In this document: positions 33,850 through 46,125 of the stretch, in pieces
Numbering within the stretch: the stretch's first letter is position 1
Layout: each line of letters opens with the position of its first letter
DNA from: an uncultured Acidimicrobiia bacterium
Lineage (GTDB): Bacteria > Actinomycetota > Acidimicrobiia > IMCC26256 > PALSA-555
Reading direction: 5' to 3'
NCBI GenBank assembly: GCA_963720675.1
Contig: CAVRGH010000004.1
Coordinates: 135,531 to 199,530, forward strand
Length of the DNA stretch: 64,000 bases
Position numbers and translations under genes: made by a program
Notes under the pieces: model-generated
Told to the model about the DNA's origin: nothing
The model's database searches: none
What the model saw: only the letters and a program-made list of their open reading frames with translations

Positions 33850-34920
33850 ATGAGCAAGTTCCTGCGCGTCGCCGTGATCGGACGCGATGGTCGTGGTCGC
33901 ATGCATCGTTCGGCGCGATCGCCAGCGCGGTCGAGCACGCCGCTGCCGACCGAGTTCACGAGCGGTGGCGTGCTCTGGGGCGACCTCACCGACGACACCA
34001 CCGGTTTCTACAACGAGGGGCGCACCTGCGACCGTCCCCGAGGACGCCTTCGCGATGGGTGACGCCAGCTCCTCGCGACCGGGCAGGACGACGCGTTCGA
34101 CGACGCCGGCATGGTGCAGGTCGACGGCACGATACTACGCCGCTGCCGGGTGGCTACGAACGCACCGGTCGACCTCACCGGCACGACCCTCACAGACGCC
34201 GACCGGTGCCGACCGGTCCGCTGAACGTGAGCGTCCAGTGGCAGGGTGCAGGACCCGGCACGATCCGCGAGCTGGTGAGCCTCACCAACCCGACGGCGCG
34301 ACCGATCTCGCCACAGGACGATCGTCATCGAGACGAACTCGGATCCGACTCCAACCGGTAACGCACGATCCTCCAGGCGTCGAGCACCGGCGACATCTCG
34401 CGGCTACCCCACCTCGGCTCGCTGGTTCACGACCATCGGACGACGCACACCGAGCCGCTACGACCCGCCGATCGTGTCGGTCGCCACCGGGCCGGGCATC
34501 GGTGCAGTCGCCCGCGACGATCGTCAGGACTGCGCCCGACAGCGACAGCCCGGATCGGCCAAGCCCGAGAAGAACGGCCGCAGGCCGACGCCGAGACCAC
34601 GACCGACGGCACCGTCGGCCGCTGCCGCACCCGAAGCGGCCGCCGCCGGACGTGGCCGCGGCCGGCACACGCTGCTCGGCACCGACGCAGTTCAACTACC
34701 AGCTACACCGTCAGCATCCCCGCCGGGCGAGACCGCGGTACCTGATGGTGTTCTGGTACGCTCTACCCGACGCCGGCCGAGGCCATCGCCGCGGGCCCGG
34801 CGTGGAACACGAACCCGGCGTCGAGCTCGGAGCTGCTCGCCGGGATCTCGCCGCTGTCCAGCTCCAGCAGATCGTGAACTGGGCGTTCCCGCTCGAGCTC
34901 GCACCGCCTTCACCGGCTGA
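33850..34920 (+). pseudogene. Secreted/surface protein gene broken by many indels (pseudogene or locally unpolished sequence)
   Basis: Signal-peptide-like start MSKFLRVAVIG; coding-like pieces in alternating frames (DDAFDDAG, LNVSVQW, RELVSLTNPT, LGSDSN, YLMVFWY, QIVNWAF); ends ..FTG-stop. Confidence 0.6.
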
Positions 34921-34948
34921 TCGCCGCGCCGAGCACCGTTCGTTGACA

Positions 34949-34986
34949 CTCCCGCCGGGTCCGCCCGGCGGGAGTGTCGCGTCCGG
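34949..34986 (+). repeat. 38-bp direct repeat, copy 2 (hairpin)
   Basis: ctcccgccgggtccgcccggcgggagtgtcgcgtccgg; stem extends to gacact/agtgtc. Confidence 0.9.
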
Positions 34987-35030
34987 GCCGATAGCCTGAC
35001 CCCGCTTCGCGACGCCGGACACGGGGGAGA

Positions 35031-36998
<1,968 letters not shown>

Positions 36999-37000
36999 CG

Positions 37001-37486
37001 GTGCGCGACCCCGACCACTGGACCTGGCGGGACGGGCCGGTCGAGCCGGGACCGGCCGCGGTGATCGACATCGACGGCGTGCTGTCCGACGCGGTCAGCC
37101 GCCAGCACTACCTGGAGGCGCCCCGCCGCGACTGGCGGGCGTTCTTCGACGCGTGCGGCGACGACCCGGTCATCGAGGAGGTCAAGGTCCTCTTGGACCT
37201 CCTCGATCCCAGCCTGCGCATCGTGCTCCTCACGGCGCGCCCGCAGCGGGTGCATCCGCTCACCGAGGCGTGGTTGCACCGCTACGCGATCCGGTGGGAC
37301 TTGCTCGTCATGCGCTCGTACGGCGACTACGACGTGTCACGCGACTTCAAGCAGGCGACCGTGTGGGAGCTGCGCACCCGCGGCTTCGACCTGCAGCTCG
37401 CGATCGAGGACGACCGCCGCAACGTCGAGATGTTCCGGGGTGAGGGCATCCCCTGCCTGTACAAGCACTCCGGGTACTACGACTGA
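37001..37486 (+). CDS. HAD-superfamily phosphatase (PNKP-type phosphatase domain)
   Basis: VIDIDGVL, LLTARP, conserved K, EDD motifs; GTG start 2 nt after the acs stop. Confidence 0.75.
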   Translation: MRDPDHWTWRDGPVEPGPAAVIDIDGVLSDAVSRQHYLEAPRRDWRAFFDACGDDPVIEEVKVLLDLLDPSLRIVLLTARPQRVHPLTEAWLHRYAIRWDLLVMRSYGDYDVSRDFKQATVWELRTRGFDLQLAIEDDRRNVEMFRGEGIPCLYKHSGYYD

Positions 37487-37495
37487 CGACGCACG

Positions 37496-38329
37496 TTGCT
37501 CGAGGCGACCCTCCTCGCACTCGGATCCGCGTTCCTCCACGCGGGATGGAACCTGCTCGTCAAGACGAGCGGTGAGCGGTTCCTCACCGCGTGGGGTCAG
37601 TTCCTGGTCGGTGGGATCTGCTTCCTCCCGGTGCTCCTCTTCACGGGCCTGCCCCCCGCTGACGCGGTCCCGTTCCTCGTCGCGTCCAGCCTCGTGCACG
37701 TCGTGTACGTCGGCGCGCTCGTCCGGGCGTACCACCACGGCGACTTCTCGTTCGCATACCCGCTCGCGCGCGGCGGCGGTGCCCTGCTCGCCGCGATCGG
37801 GGGCGTTGCGTTCCTCGGCGACTACCTCTCGGTGCCGTCCTGGCTGTCGATCGCGATCGTCGTGGCCGGCCTCGCCTCGCTCGTGCGCCCGAGTGTGGGG
37901 ATGCTCGCGATCGGGTGGTCGCTCCTCACTGCGCTGACGATCGGTACCTACACCACCATCGATGCCGCGGGCGCCCGGCGCTCGGACAGCGGCTTCGGGT
38001 ACGGCGTGCTGGTCGTGCTCGGGGTCTCCGTGGCCCTGAGTGTCGCCGGCGTCGCCCGGGGCCGCGGGCGCGACCTGGTGGTCCACCTCCGGACGACCGA
38101 TCGGTGGCGGGTGTTGGCCGGCGGGCTCGCTTCGGTCCTCGCCTATTCGATGGTCCTGGCCGCGGTCCGGTTCGCGCCGGTGGGCTACGTCGCCGCGCTC
38201 CGGGAGTCCTCGGTGGTCCTCGGCGCCGCCCTGGGCTGGCTCCTCCTGCACGAACGGCTGGGTCGGGCCCGCCTGGCGTCCTCACTCGTCGTGGCCGCCG
38301 GCCTGGTGGCCCTCATCGCCACCCGCTGA
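37496..38329 (+). CDS. EamA/DMT-family transporter
   Basis: SAFLHAGWN, AYPLARG, AALRESSVV; ~10 TM segments. Confidence 0.88.
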   Translation: MLEATLLALGSAFLHAGWNLLVKTSGERFLTAWGQFLVGGICFLPVLLFTGLPPADAVPFLVASSLVHVVYVGALVRAYHHGDFSFAYPLARGGGALLAAIGGVAFLGDYLSVPSWLSIAIVVAGLASLVRPSVGMLAIGWSLLTALTIGTYTTIDAAGARRSDSGFGYGVLVVLGVSVALSVAGVARGRGRDLVVHLRTTDRWRVLAGGLASVLAYSMVLAAVRFAPVGYVAALRESSVVLGAALGWLLLHERLGRARLASSLVVAAGLVALIATR

Positions 38330-38331
38330 TC

Positions 38332-38360
38332 GGGAACGCGCGCCCCGCACCCGGGCGTTG
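38332..38360 (+). promoter_or_regulatory. SigH/SigE/SigR-type ECF promoter upstream of htpX
   Basis: GGGAAC-N18-CGTTG matches the actinobacterial stress-sigma consensus GGAAY..GTT. Confidence 0.55.
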
Positions 38361-38381
38361 AGAGGGAGAGAGGTGATCGAC

Positions 38382-39201
38382 ATGAGGAACGCACTCAAGA
38401 CCGCCGGCCTGCTCGCCGGGCTCGGCGCCCTGTTCATGGTCATCGGTGCCGCTGTCGGTGGTACCAGCGGCCTGGCGATCGGGCTCCTGCTCGGCGTCGC
38501 CTTCTGTGGCGGCTCGTACTGGTTCTCCGACAAGCTCGCGATCAAGGCCGCCCATGCCGTCCCCGTGACCCGGGAGCAGGCGCCCGACCTCTACGCCATC
38601 GTCGAGGATCTCGCGCGGCGCGCCGACATCCCGATGCCCCGCGTGTTCATGTCCCCGGAGCAGCAGCCCAACGCGTTCGCGACCGGCCGTGGTCCGAATC
38701 ACGCCGCGGTCTGCGTCACCCAAGGGATCCTGCAGGTGCTCGATCAGGACGAGCTGCGGGGTGTGCTCGCCCATGAGCTCAGCCACGTGAAGCACCGCGA
38801 CATCCTCATCGGGTCTGTCGCCGCGGCCGTTGCGCTCGCGATCACGTTCGCGGCGCGCATGGCGTTCTGGTTCGGCGGCGACAACAACGTCATCGCGTCC
38901 CTGCTGATGATGATCCTCGCCCCGATGGCGGCGATGCTCATCCAGATGGCGATCTCGCGGTCTCGCGAGTTCGACGCCGACGCCGGCGGTGCGCACCTGT
39001 GCGGCGGCGGCGAGCCGCTCGCCCGCGCGCTCGAGAAGATCGAGGCCTACGCCAAGCAGGTCCCGATGAACGTGCCCCAGGCCGAGGCGAGCGCGTACAT
39101 CATCAACCCGCTGACCGGCCGCAAGCTCCAGTTCGCGAGCCTGTTCTCCACGCACCCGCCGACCCCCGAACGGGTCCGTCGCCTGCCGCGAGGCGTCCTG
39201 A
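38382..39201 (+). CDS. htpX: Zinc metalloprotease HtpX; 3' end shifted by a +1 indel near 39186
   Basis: QPNAFATGR, HELSH (HExxH), SREFDAD, FSTHPP. Confidence 0.93.
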
Positions 39202-39226
39202 CCCGCTGGAGGGGAAGAGCGCGTCG

Positions 39227-39715
39227 TCAGTCGCGGAAGTTCGTGAACTGCAGCGGGATCCCGAAGTCGTGGTTCCGCATCGCCTCGATCGCCGACTGCA
39301 GGTCGTCGCGCTTCTTGCCGCTCACCCGGAGCTGATCGCCCTGGATCTGGTGGGAGACGCCCTTGAGGCCGAGCTCCTTGACGAACTTGCCGATCTCCTT
39401 GCCCTTCTCCTGGTTGATCCCCACGCTGAGGGTCACGGTCTGGTTGACCGTGCCCTTGGAGGCCTCCTCGATCTTCCCGTAGTCGAGGGCCTTCAGGGAG
39501 ACCTTCCGCTTCACCAGCTTCTCCTCGAGCACCTGCACCAGCGCCTTGAGCCGCTGGTCGCTCTCGGAGTGCAGCTCGATCGTCTTCTCGGTGAGCTCGA
39601 CGGACGAGTCGGTGCCCTTGAAGTCGTAGCGGGTCGAGATCTCCCGGCTCGCTTGGTCGACCGCGTTGCGGATCTCCTGCATGTCGACCTCGGAGACGAC
39701 GTCGAACGTGGGCAT
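39227..39715 (-). CDS. yajQ: YajQ-family nucleotide-binding protein
   Basis: MPTFDVVS, RYDFKG, RVSGKKRDDLQ, LQFTNFRD. Confidence 0.94.
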   Translation of the reverse strand: MPTFDVVSEVDMQEIRNAVDQASREISTRYDFKGTDSSVELTEKTIELHSESDQRLKALVQVLEEKLVKRKVSLKALDYGKIEEASKGTVNQTVTLSVGINQEKGKEIGKFVKELGLKGVSHQIQGDQLRVSGKKRDDLQSAIEAMRNHDFGIPLQFTNFRD

Positions 39716-39775
39716 GGGCGCAGACACCTCGTCAGAAGGAGAAATCGTGACGGCTGCTACTGTACGCGGCCCTCA

Positions 39776-39859
39776 GGGTCGGTACCCGAGTGGCCAAAGG
39801 GGGCAGGCTGTAAACCTGCTGGGAAACCTACGCTGGTTCGAATCCAGCCCGGCCCACCA
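39776..39859 (+). tRNA. tRNA-Tyr(GTA)
   Basis: Cloverleaf GGGTCGG..CT-GTA-AA..long variable arm..TTCGAAT..CCGGCCC-A-CCA. Confidence 0.96.
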
Positions 39860-39900
39860 CTGAGACCAGGCGAGCGCACAGATCAGCGCCCGAGCAGTCG

Positions 39901-40419
39901 CTAGAGCAGCCGCTGCATCAGCACCACGTCGAGCCACCGGTTGAACTTCCGCCCGATCTCGCGCTCGGTGCCGACCACCTCGAACCCGAACGCCTCGTGC
40001 AGCGCGATGCTCGCCTCGTGGCCCCCGACGATGCGGGCCACGACGGCGTGGAACCCGTAGTCGAGCCCGAGCCGGAGCAGCTCGGCGAGCAGGAGCCGCC
40101 CCACGCCGGCGCCCCGGTGGTCGCGGTGCACGTAGACGGAGTCCTCCACCGAGGTCACGTACGCCGGCCGGTCCCGGTACGGCGACAACGAGCCGAACCC
40201 CACGACCGTGCCACCCGACAACGCCACGATCGCCGGGTGGGCGCCCGAGTGGCCGTCGATCCAGGCCACCTGCTCGGCGAGGGTGCGGGGGACCAGGTCG
40301 AAGGTGACCGTCGAGCCGAGCACCTCGACGTTGTAGATCGTCCGGATCGCCTCGGCGTCGGATCGGTCGGCGATGCGGAGCGTGACGCCCGGTGCGGGCG
40401 ACGGATCGGGTGCGGGCAT
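39901..40419 (-). CDS. GNAT acetyltransferase, phosphinothricin/methionine-sulfoximine (YncA/MnaT-like) family
   Basis: IYN..TVTFD, YRDRPAY..SVEDSVYV, RGAGVG, SIALHE.FGF, GRKFNRWLDV. Confidence 0.85.
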   Translation of the reverse strand: MPAPDPSPAPGVTLRIADRSDAEAIRTIYNVEVLGSTVTFDLVPRTLAEQVAWIDGHSGAHPAIVALSGGTVVGFGSLSPYRDRPAYVTSVEDSVYVHRDHRGAGVGRLLLAELLRLGLDYGFHAVVARIVGGHEASIALHEAFGFEVVGTEREIGRKFNRWLDVVLMQRLL

Positions 40420-40520
40420 CGTCGGAGGCTAGCCAGCACCCTGAAACCCCATCACCCTCAACCCCCGACCGCGCCCGGGCTCGGGAGCGTGGAGTTCGGT
40501 TCGACTAGCCTGGGCGCTTC

Positions 40521-40593
40521 GCCCCCTTAGCTCAGTCGGCAGAGCACTTCCATGGTAAGGAAGGGGTCTACGGTTCGAGTCCGTAAGGGGGCT
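40521..40593 (+). tRNA. tRNA-Thr(GGT)
   Basis: GCCCCCT..CTTCC-AT-GGT-AA-GGAAG..TTCGAGT..AGGGGGC; CCA not encoded. Confidence 0.95.
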
Positions 40594-40594
40594 C

Positions 40595-40670
40595 GGCGGT
40601 GTAGCTCAGATGGCAGAGCACGCGGCTCATAATCGCGGCGTCGCGGGTTCGAGTCCCGCCACCGCTACCA
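40595..40670 (+). tRNA. tRNA-Met(CAT), elongator type
   Basis: GGCGGTG..CT-CAT-AA..TTCGAGT..CACCGCT-A-CCA. Confidence 0.93.
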
Positions 40671-40728
40671 GTACCGACACCGCGAGGGTCCCTCGGACCC
40701 TCGCTCTTCACGCGCAGGAGCACGTCCC

Positions 40729-41916
<1,188 letters not shown>

Positions 41917-41938
41917 CCGAGCTCACGGAGCATTCGAG

Positions 41939-42100
41939 ATGGCCAGCGACAAGCGGGTGAAGGTCACCCTCGCCTGCGAAGACTGCAAGCGGCGGAACTA
42001 CATCACCACGAAGAGCAAGATCAACGACCGTGAGCGGATCGAGATGAAGAAGTACTGCCGCTTCGACCGCAAGCACACGGTGCACAAGGAAACTCGGTAG
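41939..42100 (+). CDS. rpmG: 50S ribosomal protein L33 (CxxC..CxxD form)
   Basis: [28 protein letters not shown]. Confidence 0.95.
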   Translation: MASDKRVKVTLACEDCKRRNYITTKSKINDRERIEMKKYCRFDRKHTVHKETR

Positions 42101-42138
42101 CTGCCCGGTCGCGGGGCCGCTGGCCCCGCTCGTCGGCA

Positions 42139-42203
42139 CGCCTCTCGGCGACCGAGCCCCGGCTCCCTCGCTGCGCTCGGTCGGGTCTTCGACCCGGGTC
42201 TCG
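42139..42203 (+). repeat. Structured intergenic repeat, copy A
   Basis: 42153..42203 aligns with 56220..56269; 42139..42160 matches 60165..60186 at 21/22. Confidence 0.8.
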
Positions 42204-42407
42204 GGCGCCTTCGGCTTCCCCTCCTCGCGGGTCCCTCGACCCCGCGACCTCCCTGTTGTCCGTGCGTTCGGTTCGCCGTGCTTGCGCTCTTGGGCAGTAC
42301 CGCTGGGGTGGTCGTGTTGGGTGGTTGGTCCTGTGAACGTTGGGTTTCTTTGGGGCTTCTTCGCTGGGCTTACCCCTTGGTAACCCCGTAGCGTCGCTCG
42401 GAGTCAT

Positions 42408-43004
42408 ATGGATGCACATCGAGATTCGCCAGGGGCGCCCGACGAGCTGCACGTGCTCGTCGACGCGGCTCGCCGGGGGGACCGGGGCGCGTTCGACGAG
42501 CTGGTGCGCCGCACCTACGTCGACACGTACACGCTCGCCGTCCGTCTCACCGGGAACGAGGAGGACGCACGAGACGTGGTGCAGGAGGCATACCTCCGAG
42601 CCTGGAAGGGCATTCGGCGCTTCCGTGGTGACGCCGCGTTCACGACGTGGCTCTACCGGATCACCGCGAACTCCTCGTACACGCTGGTGGATCGCCGCAA
42701 GCGACGTCGCACGGTGCACCTCGACGACGTGCCCGAGCAGGCCGACGTCCGCCTCGACGCCCGCCCCGACGACCTCGCTGCCTCGACCGCGGGGCTCGGC
42801 GACGTCGCCGCCGCGCTCGACCAGCTGCCGCCGGCGATGCGCACGACGGTGATCCTCAAGGACGTCTACGGCCTGTCGCACGACGACATCGCCGCCGAGA
42901 CCGGGATCTCGGTCGCGGCGGCCAAGGTCCGCCTGCACCGGGGCCGGAAGCGCCTGCGCGACCTGCTCGACGAGACGGAGGGCAGGTCGGCCCGTGCGGT
43001 GTGA
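42408..43004 (+). CDS. ECF-family RNA polymerase sigma factor
   Basis: GDRGAFDELV, DVVQEAYLRAW, FTTWLYRITAN, C-terminal HTH AKVRLHRGR. Confidence 0.92.
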   Translation: MDAHRDSPGAPDELHVLVDAARRGDRGAFDELVRRTYVDTYTLAVRLTGNEEDARDVVQEAYLRAWKGIRRFRGDAAFTTWLYRITANSSYTLVDRRKRRRTVHLDDVPEQADVRLDARPDDLAASTAGLGDVAAALDQLPPAMRTTVILKDVYGLSHDDIAAETGISVAAAKVRLHRGRKRLRDLLDETEGRSARAV

Positions 43005-43368
43005 AGAGGTCGCCCTCGTCCTGCCCGCGACGGTCGACGGTGAGGCACCCGTCGCGCTGACCGTGCAGCGGCACGTCGAGTCGTGCCTGCGCTGCCAGGC
43101 CGAGCTCGCCCGCTACCGCCGGATGCTCCGGAGTCTCCAGCTCCTCCGCACCCAGTACCTCGAGCCGGCGCCGGGGGTGCTGAGCCAGACGCTCGCAGCG
43201 ATCGGCGAGGCGTCCGAGCAGCGGGCGATCCGCTCCGTGCTCTCGGGCAAGCGCCTCGCCTACGTGGGTGCGATCGGCGGTGCCGTGGCTGCCGCCGGGG
43301 CCACCACCGCGGCGGTGCTCGTCGCCCGGGCCCGTCGGCGGGCCACCCGCGCCACCCTGGCGACCTGA
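42994..43368 (+). CDS. Zinc-binding (zf-HC2/ZAS) anti-sigma factor
   Basis: MRCEEV..HVESCLRC (HxxxCxxC), C-terminal hydrophobic helix; overlaps the sigma gene. Confidence 0.82.
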   Translation: MRCEEVALVLPATVDGEAPVALTVQRHVESCLRCQAELARYRRMLRSLQLLRTQYLEPAPGVLSQTLAAIGEASEQRAIRSVLSGKRLAYVGAIGGAVAAAGATTAAVLVARARRRATRATLAT

Positions 43369-43465
43369 CCGTCGCTCGGAACCGCGTCGGGACGAGCGGT
43401 CCGGCCTCGCCAGAAGGCCGGCGGGGGACCGCTGCTATCCTCGACGGTTCGGCGCCCGGTGCCGG

Positions 43466-43538
43466 AGGGCAGTAGCTCAATTGGTAGAGCACCGGTCTCC
43501 AAAACCGGTGGTTGGGGGTTCGAGTCCCTCCTGCCCTG
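43466..43538 (+). tRNA. tRNA-Trp(CCA)
   Basis: AGGGCAG..CCGGT-CT-CCA-AA-ACCGG..TTCGAGT..CTGCCCT-G, upstream of secE. Confidence 0.96.
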
Positions 43539-43571
43539 CTCTGACCGCAGATCGATAGCGACGACGACGCC

Positions 43572-43865
43572 ATGACACAACCCATGAACCGTCAGACCAA
43601 GCGTCTGATGGCGAAGCAAGAGGCGAACAAGACCGCCGCCAAGCAGTCGCGCCCGGCGCCGGGTTCGGACGTCAAGCGCGAGAAGACCGGTCCGCGCCAG
43701 TTCCTCAGCGAGGTCAGATCCGAGCTCAAGAAGGTCGCCTGGCCGACGCGCAAGGAGGTCGTCAACTCGACGATCGTCGTGCTCATCGCCATCGTGTTCA
43801 CGACCGCACTCATCTTCGGGTTCGACTACGCGTCCTCGAAGTTCGTCCTCTTCCTCTTCGACTGA
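43572..43865 (+). CDS. secE: Preprotein translocase SecE
   Basis: EVRSELKKVAWPTRKE plus one TM. Confidence 0.95.
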   Translation: MTQPMNRQTKRLMAKQEANKTAAKQSRPAPGSDVKREKTGPRQFLSEVRSELKKVAWPTRKEVVNSTIVVLIAIVFTTALIFGFDYASSKFVLFLFD

Positions 43866-43870
43866 GACTC

Positions 43871-44695
43871 ATGGCCATCGAATTCACTGACGAAACCACC
43901 GGCGCGAGCACCTCGACCGGTTCGAGCGAGACCGTCGACGCGAGCGCTGCCGCGGCCTTCCTCGGGCTCGACCCGACCCCCGCGGCCGAAGCACCCAGCG
44001 AGCCCGTCGAGGACGTGCTGGACGAGCCGGTCGCCGAGGTGGAAGTCGAGATCGAGGTGGAGGTCGCCGTCGAGGAGCCTCCCGCCGCCGACCTGACGCT
44101 CGACGAGACCGGCGCGCCGACACCTGCCGAGCCGAGCCCGTTCGACCGCGAGGGCGACTGGTACGTCGTCCACACGTACGCGGGCTACGAGAACAAGGTG
44201 AAGTCGAACCTGCTCAACCGCATCCGGTCGATGCACGTCGAGGAGCGCATCTTCGAGGTCGTCATCCCGATGGAGGACGTCATCGAGTTCAAGGGCGGCC
44301 AGCGGCGCGTCGTCCAGAAGAAGGTCTTTCCCGGCTACCTGCTCGTGCGGATGGACCTCGACGACGACTCCTGGTACGTCGTGCGCAACACGCCGGGTGT
44401 CACCGGCTTCGTCGGTCCGAGTGGCTCCAAGCCGGTTCCGCTCTCGCGCAAGGAGGTCGAGGACATCCTCGGCGTCGCGAAGCCCGAGGGTGCACCGGTC
44501 GTGGAGAAGAAGGTCCGGCCGCGCGTCGAGTTCGAGGAAGGCGAGCAGGTCCGGGTCACCACCGGTCCGTTCGCCGAGTTCAACGGCGCGATCGCCGAGA
44601 TCGACGTCGACCGCTCGAAGCTCAAGGTGCTCGTGAACATCTTCGGTCGCGAGACGCCGGTCGAGCTCGAGTTCGGCCAAGTCGCCAAGCTCTAG
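43871..44695 (+). CDS. nusG: Transcription termination/antitermination factor NusG with acidic N-terminal extension
   Basis: WYVVHTYAGYENKV, FPGYLLV, KOW domain IFGRETPVEL. Confidence 0.96.
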   Translation: MAIEFTDETTGASTSTGSSETVDASAAAAFLGLDPTPAAEAPSEPVEDVLDEPVAEVEVEIEVEVAVEEPPAADLTLDETGAPTPAEPSPFDREGDWYVVHTYAGYENKVKSNLLNRIRSMHVEERIFEVVIPMEDVIEFKGGQRRVVQKKVFPGYLLVRMDLDDDSWYVVRNTPGVTGFVGPSGSKPVPLSRKEVEDILGVAKPEGAPVVEKKVRPRVEFEEGEQVRVTTGPFAEFNGAIAEIDVDRSKLKVLVNIFGRETPVELEFGQVAKL

Positions 44696-44728
44696 TCACC
44701 CTCGCCACAACAAGGATTTTCGTTTCAG

Positions 44729-45157
44729 ATGGCCAAGAAGAAGCTCGCTGCGATCGTCAAGATCCAGATCCAGGCCGGCGCTGCGACGCCCGCACCCCCC
44801 GTGGGGACGGCGCTCGGACCGCACGGCATCAACATCATGGACTTCTGCAAGGCGTACAACGCCGCGACGGAGAACCAGCGCGGGATGGTGATCCCGGCCG
44901 AGATCTCGATCTTCGAGGACCGGACGTTCACCTTCGTCACCAAGACGCCCCCGACGCCGTTCCTCCTCCGGCAGGCCGCCGGCATCGAGAAGGGTGCGGC
45001 GAACCCGCGCACCGACGAGGCCGGAACCGTCACCAGCGCGCAGGTCCGCCAGATCGCCGAGACGAAGATGCCCGACCTGAACGCGATCGACCTCGACGGC
45101 GCGATCCTCCAGGTCGCCGGCACCGCCCGCTCGATGGGCATCAAGGTCACCGGCTGA
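44729..45157 (+). CDS. rplK: 50S ribosomal protein L11
   Basis: [19 protein letters not shown]. Confidence 0.98.
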   Translation: MAKKKLAAIVKIQIQAGAATPAPPVGTALGPHGINIMDFCKAYNAATENQRGMVIPAEISIFEDRTFTFVTKTPPTPFLLRQAAGIEKGAANPRTDEAGTVTSAQVRQIAETKMPDLNAIDLDGAILQVAGTARSMGIKVTG

Positions 45158-45236
45158 CGCCAGAACACGTACCACGCCCCCGGCCGAGGACCTCGCGGCC
45201 GGACCCGGGCGCCCCAACGAGGGAGGGAGCACCCCG

Positions 45237-45962
45237 ATGACGAAGCACGGCAAGGCCTACGACGACGCGACCAAGCGGTACGACCGCGACCGGCTGCACA
45301 GCCCCACCGAGGCGCTCGAGCTGGTGAAGTCCTTCGCCAAGAAGAAGTTCGACGAGACGATCGAGGCCGCGGTGCGGCTCGGTGTCGACCCCCGCAAGGC
45401 CGACCAGATGATCCGCGGGACGGTCTCGTTGCCCAACGGCACGGGGAAGACCGTGAAGGTCGCAGTCTTCGCGCAGGGCGATCAGGCCCGCGAAGCCGAG
45501 GCGGCCGGTGCCGACGTCGTCGGTGCCGAGGATCTGGTGAAGCGCGTCGAGGAGGGCTTCCTCGACTTCGACATCGCGATCTCGACCCCGGACCTCATGG
45601 GCCAGGTCGGGAAGCTCGGTCGCACCCTCGGGCCGCGCGGCCTGATGCCGAACCCGAAGACCGGCACCGTCACGAACGACATCGGCAAAGCCGTGTCCGA
45701 GTTCAAGGCCGGCAAGGTCGAGTACCGCACCGACCGGTACGGCAACATCCACGTCCCGATCGGGAAGGCGAGCTTCGGCATCGAGGCGCTGGTGGAGAAC
45801 TTCCACTCGGTGCTCGACGAGATCAACCGGGCCAAGCCGGCGTCCGCGAAGGGCCGGTACGTGCGCACGGCATCGGTGTCGTCCACCATGGGTCCCGGCG
45901 TGAAGATCGACCCGGCCTCGGCCGCGGACGACGACTCGCAGCAGGCGGCACTCGCCGGGTAA
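45237..45962 (+). CDS. rplA: 50S ribosomal protein L1
   Basis: [30 protein letters not shown]. Confidence 0.98.
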   Translation: MTKHGKAYDDATKRYDRDRLHSPTEALELVKSFAKKKFDETIEAAVRLGVDPRKADQMIRGTVSLPNGTGKTVKVAVFAQGDQAREAEAAGADVVGAEDLVKRVEEGFLDFDIAISTPDLMGQVGKLGRTLGPRGLMPNPKTGTVTNDIGKAVSEFKAGKVEYRTDRYGNIHVPIGKASFGIEALVENFHSVLDEINRAKPASAKGRYVRTASVSSTMGPGVKIDPASAADDDSQQAALAG

Positions 45963-45986
45963 CCTGCTTCGCCTACCACCAATCGT

Positions 45987-46114
45987 TGCCACAGACCTTC
46001 GGTCTCGAACGGGACGAGTTCCCCGGAGAGGTAATGGGTTCCACCCGCCGGACGAGGCGACCTCCGATCCAACCGGGGTGTCTCGCGTGTCTGCGGCACC
46101 CCGTTTCGTTGTTT
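45987..46114 (+). promoter_or_regulatory. Putative L10 leader (rplJ autoregulatory RNA) with terminator-like hairpin
   Basis: CAGACC..GGT and ACC..GAGG segments in the rplA-rplJ spacer; hairpin cggggtg..caccccg followed by tttcgttgttt. Confidence 0.6.
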
Positions 46115-46125
46115 CGGAGTGCTTC

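Noticed and set aside
42300-42370. G/T-skewed stretch as a G-quadruplex
   Set aside because: G-runs are separated by long loops (7-20 nt), which is weak support in a GC-rich genome
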